Below, piece by piece: positions 57,487 to 64,000 of a stretch of DNA of 64,000 nt (positions are counted from its first letter, which is position 1; each line of letters opens with the position of its first letter). The translations under genes and the position numbers were made by a program. The stretch is from positions 2,142-66,141 of the forward strand of contig JAFQHL010000002.1 of NCBI GenBank assembly GCA_017397955.1. The letters are read 5' to 3'. The stretch comes from Clostridia bacterium. GTDB lineage: Bacteria > Bacillota > Clostridia > Oscillospirales > CAG-382. Under the pieces are notes generated by a model that saw only the letters and a program-made list of their open reading frames with translations, was not told where the DNA came from and did no database searches.

Positions 57487-57987
57487 TCACATCCGCATTG
57501 TCGGTGCTTCGCTTTCACCGTCATCTTCTGTGGGGGTTTCCGTGCCGGCACTTAGGTCTATTTCTTTGCCGAGAATATCTCCGTAGAAAATCTCGCACCG
57601 CCTTTCGTAAGATGCATCGGATTGTTCGTAGGCTTTCTCGGCAGCTTTGGAAAAGCTATTGAGCGAATAAGTTTTCCATGAGTGATCGCTTACATCGCAG
57701 ATGCTTATCACGCCGCTATCAATATCGAATTCATATATTGCTGACAGGCGTTGGTCATAATCAGTACCATCACAAGCTGCAGAATATTTTTTCAGAGATA
57801 TTTTCTCTGCACCTATAATGGCATCTGCGAAAGTTGCAGAGTGGTCTGTCAACTCACCGTTCTTATATAGGCGATATCGGTTTGCTGCCATTAAGGTGTT
57901 TACAAAAATATCACTGCGGAATAGTGAGTCATTACCGTTTTCGTGAATATGGTATACGGCAAATTCACCTGTTTGCTGTTTACTCAT
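57487..57987 (-). CDS. Acidic hypothetical protein (166 aa)
   Basis: ORF in the conjugation-module orientation. About 30 Asp/Glu versus about 16 Lys/Arg by count. Confidence 0.6.
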   Translation of the reverse strand: MSKQQTGEFAVYHIHENGNDSLFRSDIFVNTLMAANRYRLYKNGELTDHSATFADAIIGAEKISLKKYSAACDGTDYDQRLSAIYEFDIDSGVISICDVSDHSWKTYSLNSFSKAAEKAYEQSDASYERRCEIFYGDILGKEIDLSAGTETPTEDDGESEAPTMRM

Positions 57988-58004
57988 CAGTTTTTACCCT
58001 CCTG

Positions 58005-58253
58005 TTATTCGACAGCAACGCCGACAGCAGAAGGAGGAAACGGTTTTGGCTTTTTCGGCTTTGATACGGTCTGTGATACGCCGGAACGCATATCGATAAA
58101 CTCTCTTACACCTATCGGGACCGTTTTGTTGTAGAGAGCTTCAAGTGCTCGTTCCAATTCACTCTCCGGTTGAGAGTCACGCTGTTTCAGATACAGCCTT
58201 AATGCATTCAGTTTTTCTTCATCGTATGAAACTGTGATAGTTGCATTTTTCAT
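58005..58253 (-). CDS. Small hypothetical protein (82 aa)
   Basis: ATG at 58253, 8 nt after GGAG (MKNATITVSYDEEKLNALRLYLKQ...). The longer track ORF would overlap the upstream gene. Confidence 0.6.
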   Translation of the reverse strand: MKNATITVSYDEEKLNALRLYLKQRDSQPESELERALEALYNKTVPIGVREFIDMRSGVSQTVSKPKKPKPFPPSAVGVAVE

Positions 58254-58266
58254 ATTTGCGTTCTCC

Positions 58267-58923
58267 TTACATCGTTTGGACTGCGTTCGGAACTTCATCC
58301 TCGCTGCTTTTTTCGTGTTCGTCATAGATGTTGCATCCTACAAGCGACATTAAGTCTGTCGTACCTTCAATGCCACCCTCTTGACAGTTCTCACAGTATT
58401 CGAGGTGATATGCTATCTCGATGCAGTCCTCTGTCATTATGAGTTCGGCAACTTCAGCTCTGCGTTGCAGTTCTTCCTTGAGCAGACGACCGTTACCGTT
58501 GGTATCGGAAATATTCGCACCGAAATGGTTATACAATTCCTCATAAGAATTTGACCATCGTCCGTTTTCGGAATGCATCGTTCCTTCGGATATGCAGTAG
58601 TCGGCAAGCTGCTTAATGTGACTTTTTACTATCGCACGTGCTTGCGATATAAAGGCACTATATATCGGAGAGTCACAACCATTGGATTGAACGAGTATAC
58701 CATCTGCCTGACCGACACCGAGTATTAGGATGCAATGCTCTGTGTCGGTCTTACTGTCATGTTTCATCAAGCCTATGCGTTCTGTTATATAATCTCTGTC
58801 TGCAAGCAGGTTTTGGTACAGCGAGGCATATTCTGACTCGTTCAGTTCTATGATATCTTCAACGATGCAATAGTCGGTTTTTACTGAGGGTTGCTTTCGT
58901 ATAAGTTTTGCGTTTATATTCAT
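58267..58923 (-). CDS. Acidic hypothetical protein (218 aa)
   Basis: ATG at 58923 after GGAG (MNINAKLIRKQ...). Cys-containing C-terminus CENCQEGG. Confidence 0.6.
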   Translation of the reverse strand: MNINAKLIRKQPSVKTDYCIVEDIIELNESEYASLYQNLLADRDYITERIGLMKHDSKTDTEHCILILGVGQADGILVQSNGCDSPIYSAFISQARAIVKSHIKQLADYCISEGTMHSENGRWSNSYEELYNHFGANISDTNGNGRLLKEELQRRAEVAELIMTEDCIEIAYHLEYCENCQEGGIEGTTDLMSLVGCNIYDEHEKSSEDEVPNAVQTM

Positions 58924-58937
58924 CGTGCTTTCTCCTT

Positions 58938-59654
58938 TCACATTTGCACAAAAAGCCCTTGCAATTCATCATCACAAGGGCTTTCTTCGGTTTCAACCGA
59001 CAATAAAGACGGATGCATATCTGCGGTTACTATCCCAACATTAGGCAGGCATTGTACAAGGCAACCAAATGCAGAGCATTCCTTATCCATGTTAAACATA
59101 TTCAGCATATATGTGCCGATGACATCTCGTCCGAATGGGTATATGCGAGAATCGGTCAGCGACTCTACATCGAGAATTATTCCGGCTGTAACGCCTACTT
59201 CTTTTGATTTGTCGAATACCTGCTCAATCTTATCCTTCATCTCATCTATGGAAAATCCATGGCACAAAAATACGGAGCTATCCGTACCTGCACAATGAAC
59301 AAGGGAGAGCGTACCTTTTTCATCAAAGGTTTTGGGGATATATCCGCATTCGATTCTGCCTCTTTCGGCATAGCCTTTTACAACCTCAAGCGGCTGATTT
59401 GCTCGGAACAGCACCGCACAGCTTATTACTTCGTTTGCAAGTGTCGGATATGTCAGAGTTGTTTTCAAGGTTTGTTTGTCAAAATTGTTTTTGACATAAC
59501 ACAACGCCCTTGCAGTATCGTCTAGCTCGGCTTCAAGCTCTCTTTCACTACCTTTTCCCAACGATGCATTGAGTTCAAGCCATTGCAGAATAATGTCATC
59601 ATATTCGCAATCAAACTCGTTTCTCATTAGGGATATAAAGTCAATTACTTTCAT
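58938..59654 (-). CDS. Hypothetical protein (238 aa)
   Basis: ATG at 59654 after GAGGTG. 4-nt overlap with the upstream C40 peptidase gene stop. Confidence 0.6.
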   Translation of the reverse strand: MKVIDFISLMRNEFDCEYDDIILQWLELNASLGKGSERELEAELDDTARALCYVKNNFDKQTLKTTLTYPTLANEVISCAVLFRANQPLEVVKGYAERGRIECGYIPKTFDEKGTLSLVHCAGTDSSVFLCHGFSIDEMKDKIEQVFDKSKEVGVTAGIILDVESLTDSRIYPFGRDVIGTYMLNMFNMDKECSAFGCLVQCLPNVGIVTADMHPSLLSVETEESPCDDELQGLFVQM

Positions 59655-60703
59655 TGACTCACCTCGCTTTCATTAATCGTTTCACTTTCTTCGCTTATTT
59701 CACTTTCGTCTATATAGCTGATATACGGTATCTTCGCCCAATGCGTCCAAGTGTTATCGCCAAGAGGTGTCTTTATAACGCCTCTTTCCGTGTTGTACGC
59801 ATGAATGACTTCGCCGTTCCCTACATAGATACCGATGTGGCCTTCGTGCCATACGGCAAGACCGGGAATATCGGGGATAGTTTCTATCTCGCCTTTTTCG
59901 GTTGCGTTTTCAAACATAACATTTGCACCGATGTCCGGCATACCGTTTGAAGCATATATGATTTTACCGCTTTCGGGATCAAACCAACCGTATCCTTTTA
60001 TGAGACCGTTGCAATCCGAAGTTCTGCCGCCAAGCCAATGGCTTTCTATGAACTCGGCTTTCTCACCGACCATATCGGGATACTGCTCTTTCTTATACTC
60101 GAACAGTTCTTCGTCAAGCACATCACCAAATGTTCCCCATACATACCCCCATCCGCTTTCGTAAGCATAGATTGCCCATTTTGCCAAGTCGAGGTTGTTT
60201 TTAGTTGTTGGATCACTATAGTCGCCCCATTCTATATAATTTGCACGTATACTCATCATGATATCTGAAAACTCGTTGACGGCGATGTCTGTACCGAATT
60301 CGGCGTTCACAGCAGAGACGAGTTCATCGTCTGTCTGTTCTGCCGTAAAGCAACCGACAAGCCTGTCGGCAAAGTTTTCTTCGCCGTATCTGTTGAACAA
60401 AGCAAACTCAAACAGCACCTCTGCTTCTTTGATACGCAAGGTTGTGTATCCGTCATCGGTCATCGTTGTTTCTACTTCTTCCCATACCGCCGTGGCATTC
60501 TGTTGGTGTTCTTTGAGCATCTCTTGGAGTTTTTCTGTATCCAAATCCATATCACCACTGAATATGCCTTCGAGTGCAATTATCGGCATGATGATAATGA
60601 TAATAATGCCGAGAACGATACCGCCAACAATTTTCAGCCCTTTGCGGTTAGTCAGTAAGGCAACCGCTATTTTTTTGAGAGCTGCCGCTACTGTTGCACC
60701 CAT
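59651..60703 (-). CDS. Membrane-anchored NlpC/P60 (C40) peptidoglycan hydrolase of the T4SS
   Basis: N-terminal TM segment. C-terminal ...RTSDCNGLIKGY...WHEGHIGIYVGNGEVIHA shows the Cys-His-His signature. Confidence 0.8.
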   Translation of the reverse strand: MGATVAAALKKIAVALLTNRKGLKIVGGIVLGIIIIIIMPIIALEGIFSGDMDLDTEKLQEMLKEHQQNATAVWEEVETTMTDDGYTTLRIKEAEVLFEFALFNRYGEENFADRLVGCFTAEQTDDELVSAVNAEFGTDIAVNEFSDIMMSIRANYIEWGDYSDPTTKNNLDLAKWAIYAYESGWGYVWGTFGDVLDEELFEYKKEQYPDMVGEKAEFIESHWLGGRTSDCNGLIKGYGWFDPESGKIIYASNGMPDIGANVMFENATEKGEIETIPDIPGLAVWHEGHIGIYVGNGEVIHAYNTERGVIKTPLGDNTWTHWAKIPYISYIDESEISEESETINESEVSQ

Positions 60704-61461
60704 TATTTGACTACCTTGATTACAGGCTTGCCGTCAGAAACGCTTATTTCAAACTCTGTGCCTTCTGCATCGGCTTCTGCTGCGTATTGCTCGGAACGAT
60801 TTGACACTTCAGCAACGGCTTTGCAAGCTGCTATGGGAATATCCGATATGAGAGTGAATTTTGTTTCTTTCCATTCGAGATTTATATTTCCGCTTTCGGC
60901 AAGGTTGCCTGATACGGTAATAATAGACTCATCGAACTGTAAGGGGCAATCGTCTGAAAATACATATACAAAGATTTCAAAGTCACTTGTAACACCTTTC
61001 ATTTCTACACTCTCACCATAGGTCACCAAGATGTAGTCACAGTTGAGAGCTGACCCTTGTAATATATGGTCATAGTAGTTAACACTACAAGCTATAGGTT
61101 GTCTTATCTGCTCTTTGAGTTCAAAGCAGAATGTTGCATCTTCAAGGTGTTCTCCCGATACTTCATAGGTTCCTGAATAAGTGTTTCCGTAGTTAGCACA
61201 GGTGTTTACTTTAACTATGCCGCCTTTGTTGTTGCTCATTACATAGGCAGCATTTATTAAGTCTTTCTTACCTTCAAAATCGGGATGGTTTTCTGCGGTG
61301 AGAAATATTGGCATTTCCGCATCGTCAAGGTTTATCATACATCTCTTGACATTGCGTTCTTCGTAAACGGTTTTTTCATCGTCTTTAGTTCTGTCCTTGC
61401 ACGAAGCCAATGCGCTCACACAGAGAATAAGGGTTAATAAAATACAAAATAGTTTTTTCAT
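60703..61461 (-). CDS. Lipoprotein of conjugation module
   Basis: MKKLFCILLTLILCVSALASCKD lipobox. Start and stop overlap the neighbouring genes. Confidence 0.7.
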   Translation of the reverse strand: MKKLFCILLTLILCVSALASCKDRTKDDEKTVYEERNVKRCMINLDDAEMPIFLTAENHPDFEGKKDLINAAYVMSNNKGGIVKVNTCANYGNTYSGTYEVSGEHLEDATFCFELKEQIRQPIACSVNYYDHILQGSALNCDYILVTYGESVEMKGVTSDFEIFVYVFSDDCPLQFDESIITVSGNLAESGNINLEWKETKFTLISDIPIAACKAVAEVSNRSEQYAAEADAEGTEFEISVSDGKPVIKVVK

Positions 61462-63290
61462 TATCGTCCACCGGCCTTTCCAAATATTAATGATTTATAT
61501 TCTGGTGCAATAACCTGCAAGAGATATCTTTCGTTACCGCACCTGTACAAGCAAGTACCTCTTTCGGGGTACTTTATAAGTTCAAATTCGCTTGGTTCAA
61601 CCTGCAGAGCGTCCATATATTCCTTGGGATTTATCTGCCCTGCGTTAAATAGGAATTGATGCGTTGGTATAGAAAACAGAGGCTTTGTCATCTCTCTTAT
61701 CGAGGGAATTAAGAAGTCCTCTATGTTCTGCGATGCCAATATAACCGCAGACTCCTTTTTTCGTACTCGTTTAGAAGCGTTACGGATATATTCAATGGCG
61801 GTAAGGTTAGTTAAAAACAGATACAGCTCGTCAATAGATGCCGCCGTATTGCCTACACCTAAAAGTTGGTTTGACATATACGACAGGATGTTGAAGAGCA
61901 TTGCGTCCTTGAGTCGCTTGTTTGTATCCATAAGCCCTTTTACACCGAATACAACAAAGGCATCATCGGTAATGTTACTGTGACCGTTAAAGTATACAGA
62001 CTCGCTGCCTACGCACATGGAATGGATGCCGAGACATACCTCTTGGAGCGTCTGCTCTGTATAGAGGTATCTGCGTTGTGTATCGTAGGTCATATATTCT
62101 TCTTCGCACAGCTTGTAAAAGTCTTGCATAATGGGATAATCTTTTGCTGTCAATCGGCTGTAATCTGTGTAGTCGGTGATACCGAATCGAACGTACAGCT
62201 TTGATAGTAATATCTCAATGGTATCGATTTGCACATCGGAAAAATCCTTATAGCTTCTGAAAAAGTCTTTTAAGAATGCTATATGCTGACTGAGCCTTGT
62301 TACCTTCTTAAAGGCTTCGGGAGTATTCTCGTCAATATCGTCCGATCCGTCAGCCCATACCTTTGGCTCAAGAGGGTTGATGGTATACTCGCCGGACATA
62401 AAGTCTATATAACAACCGCCGAGTTCATCGCATAGTTCACGATATTCGCTTTCGGGGTCCAGACAGATTATCCTTTTACCGGATTCTCGCAGGTTTATGA
62501 GAAGCAATTTCAAAAGGAAGCTCTTGCCCTGACCGCTATTACCGAGAATGAGGATATTTGAAGTTGTCTTATCTTCTGCTCTGCGATCAAAATCCGTAAG
62601 GATATTCGTACCGTACTTATCACGCCCGATATACAGACCGTGGGGATCTGTCTTACCGGAAAAATTAAACGGATAAAAGTTCGCCACAGAGCTTGCAGGC
62701 AAAACTCGTTCATACTGAGTGCCAAAAACATTGTAGCCGAACGGCGACGATGAGATGAAGCCTTCCTTCTGACGAAGCGAGAGACGGTCAACCGACATTT
62801 TGGAGCGTGTCAGTTCCATTGATATCTCACTTTGCAGTTCCTTTAAGGCATCCTTGCTCTTTGCCTTGAGTTCAATATATACTACGCAATGCAGAAGCGG
62901 TTCTCGGTTTTTACGAAGGTTTGCAAGCAGTTCGATAACATCTTGCAAGTTTCCTTCGGCCTCAATGGTGTCGTTCATGTCGTTGCCGCCGCTTTTTAGC
63001 TTGTTCTTTCGGGTGGCGTTTTGGATTATTTTTCTTTGCTCTAAGCTTTCAACCAATCGTGAGTAAAGCCTTAATGTTACGCCGTTTCTGTCAGCAAGCT
63101 GAGACATTATTGCTTGTTCCTCTGTGGACGGAGGGTATTCTCGTATTACCCAAGCACTTCGGTAACTGTCACCGACAATGTAATAATCGGTGAAAAACTT
63201 GATTGTGCCGGGCAGTATCATATCGAAGAAGTCCTTGGTTTGTGCTTCTTCGACTTGTGCCGGTGTTAATGCTTTTTGTCGTTTTGCCAT
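61461..63290 (-). CDS. VirB4-like conjugal transfer ATPase
   Basis: 609 aa. Walker A GNSGQGKSFLLK and Walker B ASIDELYLF. GAAGGAG RBS. Confidence 0.85.
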   Translation of the reverse strand: MAKRQKALTPAQVEEAQTKDFFDMILPGTIKFFTDYYIVGDSYRSAWVIREYPPSTEEQAIMSQLADRNGVTLRLYSRLVESLEQRKIIQNATRKNKLKSGGNDMNDTIEAEGNLQDVIELLANLRKNREPLLHCVVYIELKAKSKDALKELQSEISMELTRSKMSVDRLSLRQKEGFISSSPFGYNVFGTQYERVLPASSVANFYPFNFSGKTDPHGLYIGRDKYGTNILTDFDRRAEDKTTSNILILGNSGQGKSFLLKLLLINLRESGKRIICLDPESEYRELCDELGGCYIDFMSGEYTINPLEPKVWADGSDDIDENTPEAFKKVTRLSQHIAFLKDFFRSYKDFSDVQIDTIEILLSKLYVRFGITDYTDYSRLTAKDYPIMQDFYKLCEEEYMTYDTQRRYLYTEQTLQEVCLGIHSMCVGSESVYFNGHSNITDDAFVVFGVKGLMDTNKRLKDAMLFNILSYMSNQLLGVGNTAASIDELYLFLTNLTAIEYIRNASKRVRKKESAVILASQNIEDFLIPSIREMTKPLFSIPTHQFLFNAGQINPKEYMDALQVEPSEFELIKYPERGTCLYRCGNERYLLQVIAPEYKSLIFGKAGGR

Positions 63291-63379
63291 TGTTTCTCCT
63301 TCTTCTGTCGTGATGTGAAAGGCAATGACGGCATAAAAAAACAGCCGTCTTGCTTTTCACAAAATGACAGAGTGTGTTT

Positions 63380-63538
63380 TTAATTAATTCTGCAACCGTA
63401 CTTCAGTACAAGTTTTTCTATTGCGTAGGTTTCACCATTGGTATTTGCATATTCTATCCACGCCATCGCTATGCAAAAGATACACAGCGCCGACAGCAGA
63501 AAAGCGAGAACAATATATTTATTCCTCAGCTTCTTCAT
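63380..63538 (-). CDS. Small single-TM protein (52 aa)
   Basis: ATG at 63538 after GAGGTG. MKKLRNKYIVLAFLLSALCIFCIAMAW. Overlaps the end of the upstream ORF by 20 nt. Confidence 0.5.
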   Translation of the reverse strand: MKKLRNKYIVLAFLLSALCIFCIAMAWIEYANTNGETYAIEKLVLKYGCRIN

Positions 63539-64000
63539 CTGCCACCTCATAGAACTGTTCGCCGTCATAGTCGGGCATGGCATCACCGTTAAGGCTTGCA
63601 TCAAAGTATATTGCGAGGATACGCTTTATATCAGCTTTTTTCATCCTACGCACCTCGAATCCCTGTTCGGAGATTATCTTCTCCACACGGTTGGCGTGTT
63701 GAAATACCTGCTCCGGCTTTAGGGCTTTACACCTTGATACAAACATGAACTGCCTTGCCGTGGCCATCTCCACTTGTATACTGTCAAGGAACTCAATGTC
63801 CTTTTTAAGCATTTTTCGCACCTTGGTGTTTTCTTCGACTTCAAGTCTGCTTTGCAGGTACGCTTTGTTCTCGTCAAAGCATTCAGACGAGTCTGTACAG
63901 GTAATTTCTATATCGGGCAGAGCCGACATTACCATCATAAGATGCCGAACCTTGACCTCTATATTAACACTTGACAATACCGAGATGTTGGTGGGTGACA
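63519..64000 (-). CDS. Conjugation-module hypothetical protein, 5' end outside window
   Basis: The reading frame stays open from 63977 to the window edge (no in-frame stop in 63978-63998). The track start (TTG) is probably internal. Confidence 0.55.
   Translation of the reverse strand, partial: SPTNISVLSSVNIEVKVRHLMMVMSALPDIEITCTDSSECFDENKAYLQSRLEVEENTKVRKMLKKDIEFLDSIQVEMATARQFMFVSRCKALKPEQVFQHANRVEKIISEQGFEVRRMKKADIKRILAIYFDASLNGDAMPDYDGEQFYEVADEEAEE

Larger units (their letters stand above)
41296..64000. mobile_element. Integrative conjugative element (partial; serine-recombinase end plus MOB/T4SS modules), extends beyond window; left boundary uncertain
   Basis: Contiguous set: three serine-recombinase-family genes, a PemK toxin, a sigma factor, an HTH protein, a VirD4-like coupling protein, a DUF3991/Toprim protein, a relaxase, a MobC-like protein, a C40 peptidase and a VirB4-like ATPase. 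Composition at 41.3-49.7 kb is markedly AT-richer than the backbone. Confidence 0.75.

Overview
The window is a 64-kb stretch of a moderate-GC Firmicutes (Clostridia-type) chromosome. The taxon is inferred only from gene content: a dockerin-tailed S8 protease, a type III glutamine synthetase and many lipobox proteins suggest a Ruminococcus/Oscillospiraceae-like gut anaerobe, and I cannot verify this.

- **1-38.4 kb, chromosomal backbone.** It carries housekeeping genes (ligA, prmA, a yqeG-like phosphatase, sfsA, tRNA-Leu(GAG), mntP, rpsT, type III GS, maf, proBA). These are interleaved with many secreted or lipoprotein cell-envelope genes: a VanY-like peptidase, an InlB-repeat protein, the dockerin S8 protease, a metzincin bracketed by two mosaic lipoprotein paralogs, and an M55 aminopeptidase plus a large amidase multidomain lipoprotein cluster.
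- **38.4-41.3 kb, repeat-rich junction.** It holds a SLOG/DUF2493 gene, an XRE regulator and a lipoprotein.
- **About 41.3 kb to the window end, AT-richer accessory DNA.** I read this as one end of an integrative conjugative element (ICE). It contains a low-GC three-gene cargo cassette, a tight operon of three serine-recombinase-family genes (the middle one lacks the catalytic domain), and an orphan PemK/MazF toxin preceded by a GC-rich structured non-coding leader. It also carries a small sigma factor, a VirD4-type coupling protein, a DUF3991/Toprim protein, a MobL-type relaxase with Sel1 repeats, a candidate oriT, a C40 peptidase and a VirB4-type ATPase.
- **Most interesting unexplained signals.**
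  - A roughly 430-nt GC-rich, hairpin-dense leader with its own terminator lies between the sigma factor and the antitoxin-less MazF/recombinase operon.
  - A roughly 220-bp non-coding repeat family (3 copies) is embedded in intergenic terminators. It is flanked by duplicated copies of the local terminator hairpin and shows a compensatory base-pair change.
  - The low-GC three-gene membrane/soluble cassette sits at the ICE end.
  - The mosaic lipoprotein-metzincin-lipoprotein locus has duplicated ends.
  - A cluster of 30-75-bp inverted and direct repeats lies at 38.56-38.87 kb.
- **Absent or degraded.** I saw no rRNA genes and no CRISPR array. Two apparent homopolymer frameshifts (an amidohydrolase and a MobC-like gene) are flagged.

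All functional calls rest on motifs I recognise by eye in the translations. No database search was possible.
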